Assembly: GCA_041742965.1 (NCBI GenBank)
Contig: JBGTNQ010000004.1
Location: 716-64,715, forward strand
Reading direction: 5' to 3'
Length of the DNA: 64,000 nt
Origin: Minisyncoccia bacterium
Lineage (GTDB): Bacteria > Patescibacteriota > Minisyncoccia > Phycocordibacterales > Zambryskibacteraceae
In this document: positions 1 to 9,385 of the stretch, one piece after another
How the letters are laid out: each line of letters begins with the position of its first letter
Numbering within the stretch: position 1 is the stretch's first letter
Made by a program: the position numbers and the translations under genes
Notes under the pieces: generated by a model
Told to the model about the DNA's origin: nothing
Database searches by the model: none
The model's input: the letters and a program-made list of their open reading frames with translations, nothing else

Positions 1-75
1 GAGTGGTTTAAATCAACGGTTTACTAAACCGTCGTTCCTTAACTGGGACCGTGAGTTCGAATCTCACCGCCTCCG
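1..75 (+). tRNA. tRNA-Ser, anticodon ACT (5' end outside window)
   Basis: D-loop GAGTGGTTTAA; anticodon stem ACGGT/ACCGT (16-20/28-32) with loop TTACTAA; long variable arm GTTCC/GGGAC; T arm GTGAG-TTCGAAT-CTCAC; acceptor 3' strand CGCCTCC plus discriminator G75; CCA not encoded. Confidence 0.85.
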
Positions 76-258
76 CAACGACCGGCAAAGATAGCCGGGG
101 GCTATCTGAGTCGGGTGTCGTTTCGAGAGTAAGGTGAGATTCGAAAGACGGAGTCCGCCTCAGGCGGACGAGTCCGGGCAGGAGCCACACAATATTTTAA
201 GAGCAAAGCGAATTAAAATATTGATGTGAGCTGACGCCGAATCTCACCACCTCCGCAA
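58..258. repeat. ~180-bp structured element bounded by a direct repeat of the tRNA-Ser 3' end
   Basis: cgaatctcaccgcctccgcaa (58-78) vs cgaatctcaccacctccgcaa (238-258), 20/21; inverted T-arm copy ggtgagattcgaa at 133-145; internal hairpins. Confidence 0.75.
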
Positions 259-443
259 AATAAAGAGCTTGCGACTATATTTTGCGAGAGTGCTGAGCCT
301 TTGGCGAAGTGCTCCGCAAGCCCTCCCTAGTGAGATACCTAGTGATTTCACTAGGAAGAACATCCCCCCATAACAGCTTGTCATAAAGGTTCAGTGTACT
401 CGTCTATATAAGAGGCAAGGTTATTATTAGGTATTTTAAAAAC

Positions 444-704
444 ATGAGTAATAATATAAAGGTTTATCAGTGGGCGACAGCAATACTGGCAGTAATTGTT
501 ATTTTTCCAGCAATATCACTAATGCAAGCAAATAAAGAAGCCGAGTCATCAGACAGCTTGGATAGTGTGGCAAGTCGCCTTGAAGCTTGTAACGACAGCA
601 TAACAGCATGGAGACAAGCTAATCCAGACGGCCAGCCTCGTTCAGCAGACGCTCAGGAAGAACTCGCAAAAATCCTCTCGGAATGTGCGGAATTAACTCA
701 ATAA
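444..704 (+). CDS. small hypothetical membrane-anchored protein (N-terminal TM, two Cys)
   Basis: ATG ORF 86 aa with hydrophobic N-terminus, followed by terminator. Confidence 0.65.
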   Translation: MSNNIKVYQWATAILAVIVIFPAISLMQANKEAESSDSLDSVASRLEACNDSITAWRQANPDGQPRSADAQEELAKILSECAELTQ

Positions 705-712
705 AAAACAAA

Positions 713-746
713 TAAAAACACGCCCCTAAAAAGGGGCGTGTTTTTG
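713..746. terminator. intrinsic terminator
   Basis: aaaaacacgcccct-aaaa-aggggcgtgttttt. Confidence 0.75.
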
Positions 747-774
747 GTAGCACTCTCTCTGTTACTATAGAGCT

Positions 775-2961
775 ATGGATTTAGAGACCCCCATCAAAAA
801 TATTGCCCGCCTACTTCCTGCGCAGGAAAAAGCATTAAAAAAACTTCGCATAGAAAAAGTTGGCGACATACTATATCACTTCCCTACTCGCTATGGAGAT
901 GTGGCGAGTAAAATGAACATAGGAGAACTAAGCGCCGGAGACAGTGCGGTCGTATTTGGCACGATAAGCAACCTCAAAACCAAAAAAGCTTTTCACAAAG
1001 GGACCCCGATGGCAGAAGGAGAACTCCAAGACGAAACAGGGAAAATAAAAATTATTTGGTTCCATCAGGCATACCTAGCCAAAATGATCACCGAAGGATC
1101 TCTGGTTCGAGTAGAAGGTAAAGTTTCAGAAAGAAAAGGCCTTCTCTCTATAATGAATCCTAAAATTGAAAGTGTATCAAAAGCACCGTTGGCCGTCGGA
1201 GGATCTCTCTTTGGCGAAGAAGGAGTGCCTGAGCATGCTCTATATCCTGTTTATCCAGAAAGTAGGGGTGTTACATCAAACTGGATGTATCACTGTCTGC
1301 AAAAAATATTCAAATCTGGAATTCTAGAAAATGTAGTTGACCCAGTTCCAGAAGATATATTAAAAAAATACAAACTTCCAAGTCTCAAAACGGCATTGAT
1401 TTGGGTACATACCCCCAGAAAACAAGATGACGCTATGTCTGCGAGAAAAAGATTCGCATTTGAGGAAATATTTTTCATACAACTAAGAAGACAAAAGGAC
1501 AAAAGCACGTGGCGAAACCACCAAGCATTTTTAATATCTGCAGACAGAAAAAAAATAGAGCCCTTAATTTCTAGATTTCCATTTCCCCTTACCAAAGCCC
1601 AAGAGAGATCAATTGATTCTATACTTGAGGATTTTAAGAAGCCGTATCCCATGTCACGGCTCCTAGAAGGAGATGTGGGCAGTGGCAAAACAGCTGTGGC
1701 TGCAGCGATAGCATATGCTGTCATCACCACAAGGCCAAACAAGGACCCCTTGGACAGCGCTCAGGGCAAGCAAGACTTCGGGGCTCTTCAGGTTGCATAT
1801 ATGGCACCGACAGAAATATTAGCAAGCCAACACTTTGAATCATTTATAGAATACTTCAAAGATTCTGATATCTCTGTCGGATTAATCACTGGAAGTGGAT
1901 GTAGGAAATTCCCATCTAAAGTTAATCCTTCTGGATGGACTGACATATCCAGAGCCCAGCTACTAAAATGGGTAGCTAATGGAGAAATACCAATACTCGT
2001 CGGCACACATGCACTTATACAGAAAACTGTAAAATTCAAACACCTCGGATTAGTTGTAATAGACGAACAACATAGATTTGGAACTGCCCAAAGACAAAAA
2101 TTGAGAGAAAAAGAAGGTATTCTTCCCCACCTTCTTTCAATGACCGCGACTCCAATACCCAGAACTCTGGCTCTTACCATATATGGCGATCTTGATTTAA
2201 GCCTACTGGACGAGCTACCCTCCGGACGAAGAAATATAGAAACAGAAATCGTCTTACCTCAAAACAGAGAAAGAACTTATGAACATATCCGCAAAGAAAT
2301 AGGGGCAGGAAGACAGGCTTATGTTATTTGCCCACGCATTAATGAGCCAGATCCGGATAAAGAAAAAGCCATCCTCGCTAAATCCGTCACCGAAGAGGCC
2401 AAGAGGCTCAAAAAAGAAGTGTTCAAGGAATTTGAAATCGGAGTTCTACACGGGAAGATGACACCGAAGAAAAAAGATGAAGTAATGGGTGACTTTGCTT
2501 CTGGTAAAATTCAAATTCTTATAGCGACTTCAGTAGTAGAGGTGGGTGTAAATGTGCCAAATGCTACAGTAATAATCATTGAGGGTGGAGAGCGTTTTGG
2601 TCTAGCGCAACTACACCAACTTCGCGGACGAGTAATGAGAAGCAGTCACCAACCATATTGTTTTATATTCGCAGAAACAAAAAGCCAAAAATCTATTGAA
2701 AGACTGCGGGCCATAATGAAAGCCAAAAATGGTTTTGAACTTGCTGAGTATGACTTGGCCCAGCGTGGAGCCGGAGACTTAACTGGCAAAAAACAGTGGG
2801 GGCTCACTGACCTTGGGATGGAAGCGATAAAAAACATAAGGATGGTAGAGGCTGCCCGCACTGAAGCAGAAAAATTAATCAGTGCTGACCCAGAACTCAA
2901 AACATATCCGACCCTACAGAAAGAATTGACCGGGTCAAGAGAGTCTATTCATTTTGAGTAG
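775..2961 (+). CDS. recG: ATP-dependent DNA helicase RecG
   Basis: Wedge domain, RLLEGDVGSGKT Walker A, DEQHRFG, MTATPIPRTL, QLHQLRGRV. Confidence 0.97.
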   Translation: MDLETPIKNIARLLPAQEKALKKLRIEKVGDILYHFPTRYGDVASKMNIGELSAGDSAVVFGTISNLKTKKAFHKGTPMAEGELQDETGKIKIIWFHQAYLAKMITEGSLVRVEGKVSERKGLLSIMNPKIESVSKAPLAVGGSLFGEEGVPEHALYPVYPESRGVTSNWMYHCLQKIFKSGILENVVDPVPEDILKKYKLPSLKTALIWVHTPRKQDDAMSARKRFAFEEIFFIQLRRQKDKSTWRNHQAFLISADRKKIEPLISRFPFPLTKAQERSIDSILEDFKKPYPMSRLLEGDVGSGKTAVAAAIAYAVITTRPNKDPLDSAQGKQDFGALQVAYMAPTEILASQHFESFIEYFKDSDISVGLITGSGCRKFPSKVNPSGWTDISRAQLLKWVANGEIPILVGTHALIQKTVKFKHLGLVVIDEQHRFGTAQRQKLREKEGILPHLLSMTATPIPRTLALTIYGDLDLSLLDELPSGRRNIETEIVLPQNRERTYEHIRKEIGAGRQAYVICPRINEPDPDKEKAILAKSVTEEAKRLKKEVFKEFEIGVLHGKMTPKKKDEVMGDFASGKIQILIATSVVEVGVNVPNATVIIIEGGERFGLAQLHQLRGRVMRSSHQPYCFIFAETKSQKSIERLRAIMKAKNGFELAEYDLAQRGAGDLTGKKQWGLTDLGMEAIKNIRMVEAARTEAEKLISADPELKTYPTLQKELTGSRESIHFE

Positions 2962-3005
2962 CTTTTCCTTAACAAAATCATGTAGTATGGTATTGAAATC
3001 ACAAA

Positions 3006-3079
3006 CCGCCCTTAGCTCAGTTGGTTAGAGCACAGAGCTTATACCTCTGGGGTCCCAGGTTCAAATCCTGGAGGGCGGA
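3006..3079 (+). tRNA. tRNA-Ile, anticodon TAT (UAU)
   Basis: Acceptor CCGCCCT/AGGGCGG plus A73; D arm GCTC/GAGC; anticodon stem CAGAG/CTCTG with loop CTTATAC; T arm CCAGG-TTCAAAT-CCTGG. Confidence 0.9.
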
Positions 3080-3281
3080 CTACTGTAATGCCCTAGCGCA
3101 TCCTTTTGCTCAAGCAAAAGGGAGCAGGGATTTGAAGCCTTTCTTCAGATTTTTTAGAGTAAGAGCGAATAAAAAATCGAAAAAGGGAACTGAGTCTGTA
3201 AGACTCAAATCCTGGAGGGCGGACTTTGAAATCATTCATATACCTCTGGGGTCCTTGGTTCAAATCCAAGAGGGCGGACCA
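3061..3281. repeat. tRNA-Ile 3'-end duplications enclosing a structured mini-element
   Basis: tcaaatcctggagggcggact at 3061-3081 and 3205-3225 (21/21); third copy of the whole 3' half at 3239-3281 ending in CCA. Confidence 0.8.
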
Positions 3282-3408
3282 GACAAAACCCAACACGCCA
3301 ATGGGTTGGCGTGTTGGAGGCAATACACATCCCCAGTAGCACGGGCGGTTGTATGGGTTTTTCTTTGGTATAATAAAAACAGCTTTATTAATAGGTAATA
3401 TAGATAAT

Positions 3409-3627
3409 ATGAAATTACACAAAATAGCTTGGGTCCTTCTCATAATTGGAGGTATCAACTGGCTTTTGATTGGCGTTATTGGTTGGGGGGTTGAAGATCT
3501 AGTAGGAATGCAAATCGCTAGAATCATATATGTACTTGTTGGAGTATCCGCCGTATATGAGCTTTTCACTCACAAGAATAACTGCAAGGATTGTGTAGCG
3601 AAGGCGCCTTCTCAGCCACAAATGTAA
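3409..3627 (+). CDS. DUF378-family small membrane protein
   Basis: LLIIGGINWLLIG...IIYVLVGVSAVY pattern; start moved to ATG 3409. Confidence 0.85.
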   Translation: MKLHKIAWVLLIIGGINWLLIGVIGWGVEDLVGMQIARIIYVLVGVSAVYELFTHKNNCKDCVAKAPSQPQM

Positions 3628-3640
3628 TTTAGGTTTATTC

Positions 3641-3672
3641 AAAACCCCCACCGCCTAGGCGGTGGGGGTTTT
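3641..3672. terminator. bidirectional terminator with CCGCCTAGGCGG apex
   Basis: aaaacccccaccgcc-ta-ggcggtgggggtttt between convergent genes. Confidence 0.8.
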
Positions 3673-3693
3673 GTTTTATTTTTTTTTAAATAT

Positions 3694-4191
3694 CTATCTA
3701 ACAAACTCAAAAGAAGAAATAAAGTCTTCTATTACAGCATTAGAAAAGATCCGATTGTCCCAATCTGGTGGAACATCGTTAGGATACGAATAAGTAAATA
3801 CATGTGTTTGATTTCTCGTAATCTCTATTCCGGCACCGGGACCACCAAATTCCATTGACATTCTTTCTATTTCTTCCCATTTTGCAATGGTGCTCGCCGA
3901 CACAGCCACTAATGGAGATGTTTTAAACCAACCCTCACTTTCTGTTGGAAAAATAAAATACACAATAAATACATCGTCCTTAATCTCCTCATCTACACCA
4001 TAACCCTGCCAAGAAGACGGTGGGGTCAATCTAAAACCAAATGTTGAATTTGTGTAAACAGCAGGCGTAACATCTTGTTGTGTATTAAGGGATTTATCTG
4101 AGACTCGTTCATCAGATCGAGTCAAAAATACAAAACCAATCACAACCAACAAAACAATCAGCGAAAGTAACCAAAACCACTTTTTATTCAT
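3694..4191 (-). CDS. hypothetical exported protein (N-terminal TM anchor)
   Basis: 165-aa ORF; TM then YTNSTFGFRLTPPSSW motif typical of PsbP-like extracellular domains. Confidence 0.7.
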   Translation of the reverse strand: MNKKWFWLLSLIVLLVVIGFVFLTRSDERVSDKSLNTQQDVTPAVYTNSTFGFRLTPPSSWQGYGVDEEIKDDVFIVYFIFPTESEGWFKTSPLVAVSASTIAKWEEIERMSMEFGGPGAGIEITRNQTHVFTYSYPNDVPPDWDNRIFSNAVIEDFISSFEFVR

Positions 4192-4273
4192 AAACTTTTA
4201 TTTAATTTATAAGCACCCCAGAAAATATGGTAGTTTTATTGAAAATAATGTCAAATATTCGTTGATAGTACTT

Positions 4274-6205
4274 TTATGCTTGATGCTCTATGTCTTTCTT
4301 TTTCTTCACGGTCACACCATGCGCGACTAGAATCTTTTCGAACTCATCTCTCTCTATGGTCTCAACTTCAATGAGTCTCTTTGAAATAGCGTCGAGTAGA
4401 CTACGGTTTTCAGTTAAAACCTTTTCCGCCCGAGCGAGAGCCTCATTCATTATCTTGGAAACTTCAGCATCAATATGAGCACTCACTTTCTCTGAATAAT
4501 CTTTGTCATCAACCCCTCTTCCAAAAAGTGCTTTGCCACCTTGGCCTTCCAGTGCAATAGGGCCAATGTCGTCTGACATTCCATATTTTGTGACCATGTC
4601 TCTAGCTAAAGCAGTAGAAACCTGTAAATCATTTGATGGACCAGTGGTAATATCACCGAAAATCATTTTTTCCGCTACATATCCGCCCAGTGACATAGCA
4701 ATATCGTCTAAGAATTCTTTTTTAGATTGAAGCTTCCTGTCTTCAAGGGGAAGGTTCAAAGTATAACCAGCAGCACGACCTCGAGAAATTATAGAAATTT
4801 TATGTACCGGATCAGAGTATTCCAAGACAGAACCGACGAGGGCATGACCGGCTTCATGATAAGCAGTAATCTCCTTCTCTTTCAAAGAAAGTAGGTGGCT
4901 CTTCCTCTCTGGGCCCAACATCACTTTTTCAATAGAACGAATCAGGTCAAATTGAGAAACTTTGGTGCGATCTTCACGGGCAGCAAGAATTGCGCCCTCG
5001 TTCATTAGGGAGTATAAATCTGCACCAGAAAACCCCGGGGTTCTCTCTGCGATAATTTTTAAATTTACATCTTCGGCTAGAGGTTTTTTGCGAGCGTGTA
5101 TTTCTAAAATCTCTTCTCTATCACCCCTATCTGGCAAATCTATAGTCACTCTCCTATCAAACCTACCTGGACGAAGCAGGGCGGGGTCTAAAACATCAGG
5201 TCGATTGGTCGCCGCCATCACTACAACCTTTTCATTTGGTTCAAAGCCATCCATTTCCACCAAAATTTGGTTTAGTGTCTGCTCTCTTTCATCATTTCCT
5301 CCGCCGGCACCAACCCCCCTGACTCGGCCGACTGCATCAATTTCATCTACGAAAATGATTGCTGGGGCAGCCTTTTTGGCAAGTTGAAAAAGATCGCGAA
5401 CCCTAGATGCTCCGACACCCACAAACATTTCCACAAACTCTGAGCCAGAAATAGAGAAGAAAGAAACTCCCGCCTCCCCTGCCACTGCACGAGCAAGAAG
5501 AGTTTTTCCGGTTCCCGGCGCACCCATCAAAATCACACCTTTTGGAATTTGAGCACCTATTTCTAAAAATTTCTTTGGATTCTTCAAGAAATCCACAATC
5601 TCTGCCAGTTCTTGTTTCGCTTCCTTTGCCCCAGCAACATCCTTAAATGTCACTCTCTGCTTTTTATCGTCTGGTGATATTATTCGCGCTTTTGATTGAC
5701 CGAAAGTAAAAGCTTGTGCCCCAGCCCCTTTAACCTGACGGGAAAGAAACCATATGAAGAAAATAATAAAACCTATTGGTATAAGTATCGGCAAAAGATT
5801 CAATACCCAAAAACCAACGCCTCGATTGTCCTGAACATCTATAGAAACATTGGCCAACTGTTCTGGAGTTACTCCGTAGTTTACTAATGTCTGAGAAATA
5901 GCTACGCCAGATTCTTTTTGAGAATTTTTCTCTTCTCCTTCTTTATAAAATATTGAAAGATTGTCTCCTTTCACTTCTACCTTTTCTACAGAGCCAGCCG
6001 TGATATCTCTAGCCAATTCTGAAATTGGAATAACTATTTCCTCCTTTTTATTTTCAGTCAAAAAAGAATATAGGGTCGAGAGGACAAGAAATATCAAAAG
6101 AGTGGATAACAAATTCTTACCAAATGAGCCGGCTGGCCCGCCTTTGCCCCAACCTACATTAAGTGGGTTTTTGGGTGAATTTTTTTGATTTGGTTTTTTT
6201 GTCAT
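4274..6205 (-). CDS. ftsH: ATP-dependent zinc metalloprotease FtsH
   Basis: Two TMs, [38 protein letters not shown]. Confidence 0.98.
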   Translation of the reverse strand: MTKKPNQKNSPKNPLNVGWGKGGPAGSFGKNLLSTLLIFLVLSTLYSFLTENKKEEIVIPISELARDITAGSVEKVEVKGDNLSIFYKEGEEKNSQKESGVAISQTLVNYGVTPEQLANVSIDVQDNRGVGFWVLNLLPILIPIGFIIFFIWFLSRQVKGAGAQAFTFGQSKARIISPDDKKQRVTFKDVAGAKEAKQELAEIVDFLKNPKKFLEIGAQIPKGVILMGAPGTGKTLLARAVAGEAGVSFFSISGSEFVEMFVGVGASRVRDLFQLAKKAAPAIIFVDEIDAVGRVRGVGAGGGNDEREQTLNQILVEMDGFEPNEKVVVMAATNRPDVLDPALLRPGRFDRRVTIDLPDRGDREEILEIHARKKPLAEDVNLKIIAERTPGFSGADLYSLMNEGAILAAREDRTKVSQFDLIRSIEKVMLGPERKSHLLSLKEKEITAYHEAGHALVGSVLEYSDPVHKISIISRGRAAGYTLNLPLEDRKLQSKKEFLDDIAMSLGGYVAEKMIFGDITTGPSNDLQVSTALARDMVTKYGMSDDIGPIALEGQGGKALFGRGVDDKDYSEKVSAHIDAEVSKIMNEALARAEKVLTENRSLLDAISKRLIEVETIERDEFEKILVAHGVTVKKKKDIEHQA

Positions 6206-6287
6206 ACGAAAAGTATTGCAAGTATAAGATAAAGGAGAAAATATTCAAACCTCACCACTTTATTCGCCCTTTTGGTATGATAGCCAT

Positions 6288-6731
6288 ATGTCACTTATAG
6301 ATAACCGAAAAGCTAGGTTTGACTATGAGATCGGAGAGGCCTTTGAAGCTGGTATAGAGCTTTTGGGTCTTGAGGTCAAAAGTCTACGCAAAGGACAGGG
6401 GTCCCTTGAAGGAAGCCACGTTATTGTGCGTGGTGGAGAGGCTTTTCTTATTGGCGCCCAAATTCCCCCATACCAGCCGTCTAATACAGCGAAGGATTAC
6501 GACCCAAAGAGAAATAGGCGACTTCTACTAACCAAGAAGGAAATAAGCCAAATTTCTAAAAATGAAGGCCAAAGTGGCTTGACAATTGTGCCTATTTCGG
6601 TGTATAATAAGGGGAAGAACCTCAAAATACAGATCGGGATTGCTCGTGGAAAAAAGAAATTTGATAAACGAGAAACAATTAAAAAACGAGAGACTGAGAG
6701 AGAAACTAGAAGAGATTGGAAAAATAACTAG
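6288..6731 (+). CDS. smpB: SsrA-binding protein
   Basis: NRKARFDY, EAGIELLGLEVKSLR, GKKKFDKRE; adjacent to tmRNA. Confidence 0.97.
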   Translation: MSLIDNRKARFDYEIGEAFEAGIELLGLEVKSLRKGQGSLEGSHVIVRGGEAFLIGAQIPPYQPSNTAKDYDPKRNRRLLLTKKEISQISKNEGQSGLTIVPISVYNKGKNLKIQIGIARGKKKFDKRETIKKRETERETRRDWKNN

Positions 6732-6790
6732 GAACAAAGCACCCCTTGTTCTTGCTCCCCTAAAATATTGTACTCTGTAAAATATTTTAG

Positions 6791-7193
6791 GGGGGTGAAT
6801 TGCTTAGACAAAGAAGTCCCCTTGAAATACGCGAGAGAGAGCTGTGGTGACTCTTAAATCCGCCACAAATGACTAAATGCAAACAGCATCGTCGCACGAG
6901 CAAAGTCGGTAGTTTCTCCATATTTTGGAGCTAAGGATTTCGCTTTCGCTTACGCTTCGGCCTAAGTGACATCAACCCTTGTGAAGTCTGTTAGCGAGGT
7001 GTTGGTGTAATATTTTCGGACTCTAGGAAATACCCGCTCCAGTATTTTCTGAACTGTAGGAGCTCGATAATGTGGGGTTTTGTTTACTTTCAACCCACAT
7101 TATTTAAATCGCTTCGGCGAATGAGGTAAACTACCTCTCGTAGAAGTATTTCAAGGGTTTCTTTGCACGGGAGCTCAATACTCCCCACCTCCA
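6791..7193 (+). ncRNA. ssrA: tmRNA; tag ORF 6879-6965 encodes ANSIVARAKSVVSPYFGAKDFAFAYASA
   Basis: Acceptor GGGGGTG/CACCTCC-A with G3:U70; helix aaagaa..cccttgaaatac pairs with gtatttcaaggg.ttcttt; TAAAT-GCA resume context; directly after smpB. Confidence 0.93.
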
Positions 7194-7270
7194 CAAAAAT
7201 AAGGAACGAAGTGACTATATTTTTGTAGGACTCCGCTTCGCAGCGCGAAGCGGAGTAACACAATTTTAAA

Positions 7271-7301
7271 AAAACAAAAGCCCCATATGGGGCTTTTGTT
7301 T
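7271..7301 (+). terminator. intrinsic terminator after ssrA
   Basis: aaacaaaagcccc-atat-ggggcttttgttt. Confidence 0.75.
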
Positions 7302-7346
7302 AGTTTCCCATTTTCTCTTTTACCAACCACGCGATATAGTTATCAA

Positions 7347-8828
7347 ATGAAAAAATACGTACTTGAGATTATCGTCTTTATTACAGGCGCAGGAATTATG
7401 GCTTTTGAAATCATAGGTTCTAGAATCCTCTCTCCATACTTAGGGAGCTCTATAGTAGTCTGGACAAGCGTTATCGGAGTTGTGCTGGCTGGGCTCTCCC
7501 TAGGGTACTGGCTCGGAGGAAGACTGGCTGACAAAGACCCTCATCCTAAAAAACTTGGCTACCTCATACTTTCATCAGGAATATCGATACTTATAGTTTT
7601 GGCAATATCTGACTTTGTAATGCTGTCTCTCTTGGTTTTCTCTAGCGCTCAGTTGGCATCGTTTCTCGGCTCAATGGTAATCTTTTTTGTTCCGAGCGTC
7701 TTTCTGGGCTCTGTTTCTCCTTATGCTACTCGCCTACAAATTCAAACCGTTGAAACATCTGGAAAAACTCTAGGTAAGCTAGGGGCAATAGGCACCATAG
7801 GAAGTCTTGTAGGTACATTCCTCACCGGCTTTGTTCTAATAGCACATTTTGGAACAACAAAACTTATTATTTTAATTGCCTGCACACTAATACTTCTGTC
7901 TTTCTTGGCCTTCTCCGGAAAAATAAGAGTGATTTCAGCCATTGTAATTTTAATTAGCGCAGTATCTTGGGGGTGGCTGAATATTGAAAGTTCGATGCAG
8001 AAAATTGCTGGATTTATTGATTTTGATACCCAATATGGAAGGTATTCAATACAAACACTTGAGAAGGCAGACGGAGAAGCCGTTAGAGTGCTAAGTGGTG
8101 GGGGTAGTCTCTGGCACTCTTCAATGATAGTGGAGCGTCCAAATGAAGTTAATACTCCCTATGTGCTTTATTATCGTCTTGCAGAATTTTTCGCACCTGA
8201 AATGGAAAATGTTTTACTCATAGGTGGTGGTGGATATTCGGCGGCAAAAGACTTCCTTGTGAGAAACGGTAAAGCCAATATGGATGTTGTTGAAATAGAT
8301 GCCAAACTCACGGAAATGGCAAAAGAATATTTTTTTGTGCCTGAAGATGACAGGCTCCGTATGTTTGACGAAGACGGTAGGAGATTTGTCAGAAAAACAA
8401 ACACTATATATGACGCAGTAATGATAGACGCTTTTGCAAACTCATTTGCTATACCACATCACCTCACTACAAAAGAGTTTCTCGAAGAAATAAAAAATAA
8501 ATTGTCCCCTGAGGGAGTGGTCATAAGTAACATAATCTCACCGCTAGATGGAGGTGCTGGCGGAGATTATCTTCGTGCACAATACAAAACATTTTCTTCG
8601 GTTTTTGATCGAGTCATAGTGCTTCAAGTTATACCTGGGGCAAATCCTAGTATTGTGCAAAATGTAGCATTCATTGCCACTAATAGCGCCACTCCCGAAA
8701 TAGAAACCGCGCGTGGTGAATACGAATTTTTTCTAAAAAACATTGTCTCAACAGAAATTTTAGCTGATGGAATATTATTTACTGATGACTTCGCACCATC
8801 AGACCAGTTTGTATTACGAATGATATAA
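7347..8828 (+). CDS. fused membrane domain / spermidine-synthase-like SAM-dependent transferase
   Basis: About 7 TM N-terminal half (EIIGSRILSPYLGSS) plus LLIGGGG, DVVEID, EDGR, IDAF motifs; start moved to ATG 7347. Confidence 0.85.
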   Translation: MKKYVLEIIVFITGAGIMAFEIIGSRILSPYLGSSIVVWTSVIGVVLAGLSLGYWLGGRLADKDPHPKKLGYLILSSGISILIVLAISDFVMLSLLVFSSAQLASFLGSMVIFFVPSVFLGSVSPYATRLQIQTVETSGKTLGKLGAIGTIGSLVGTFLTGFVLIAHFGTTKLIILIACTLILLSFLAFSGKIRVISAIVILISAVSWGWLNIESSMQKIAGFIDFDTQYGRYSIQTLEKADGEAVRVLSGGGSLWHSSMIVERPNEVNTPYVLYYRLAEFFAPEMENVLLIGGGGYSAAKDFLVRNGKANMDVVEIDAKLTEMAKEYFFVPEDDRLRMFDEDGRRFVRKTNTIYDAVMIDAFANSFAIPHHLTTKEFLEEIKNKLSPEGVVISNIISPLDGGAGGDYLRAQYKTFSSVFDRVIVLQVIPGANPSIVQNVAFIATNSATPEIETARGEYEFFLKNIVSTEILADGILFTDDFAPSDQFVLRMI

Positions 8829-8938
8829 ATTAAAAAACAGAAAATTAATATTTGACATTTCTCTTCGATGGGGGCAACATTAAAAATAGCAGTACCGTAG
8901 CATGTTCACATTTCCTAACACCAATCAAGGGAGCGGAA

Positions 8939-9259
8939 ATGCTCAAAGAAACCCGGGTCCAGGAAGCAGTAAGCATCTTCAACACCATCAACGAGATGCT
9001 TGGTTTGACCAGTTGTTGCAAGGAGAAGTTCATTGGCTTCTGGACCAATGGGCGCCAATCTGTCGAAATCTGCATCGGAGTATTCTTCTACAAAGGAGAG
9101 GGTCTCAGGGTGCCCAAGAACGTACCTACTGATGATCCAGACCTGGCGTGGCGGGTAGGACAAATCAATCAAGCAATCAGTGAAATTTGCCCGAGTTTCC
9201 AACCACAAGGTCTGGTTGAAGTGGAAGATACAGGTAAGCCGGTGGTGGCGAGTCGCTGA
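8939..9259 (+). CDS. orphan hypothetical protein (cassette)
   Basis: AAGGGAG SD before ATG 8939, TTGACA at 8852, terminator at 9286-9314. Confidence 0.55.
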   Translation: MLKETRVQEAVSIFNTINEMLGLTSCCKEKFIGFWTNGRQSVEICIGVFFYKGEGLRVPKNVPTDDPDLAWRVGQINQAISEICPSFQPQGLVEVEDTGKPVVASR

Positions 9260-9385
9260 CTGACAGGAAAGACGCGCAGTGCGTCGGGGGGGACACGGAG
9301 TGTCTCCCCTTTTTCAATCCTCAAGATTATAACTATACAGGCGTGATGTTATAATAATTAAACATTAACCTAAAATAAACTCTTT

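Noticed and set aside
3040-3238. Group I intron in the tRNA-Ile anticodon loop
   Set aside because: The upstream tRNA is already complete, the segment does not end in G, and no P7/catalytic core is recognisable.
3021-3569. ORFs 3021-3398 (+) and 3093-3569 (-), also 8-190 (-)
   Set aside because: They overlap tRNAs, repeats or the DUF378 gene and show no protein motifs.
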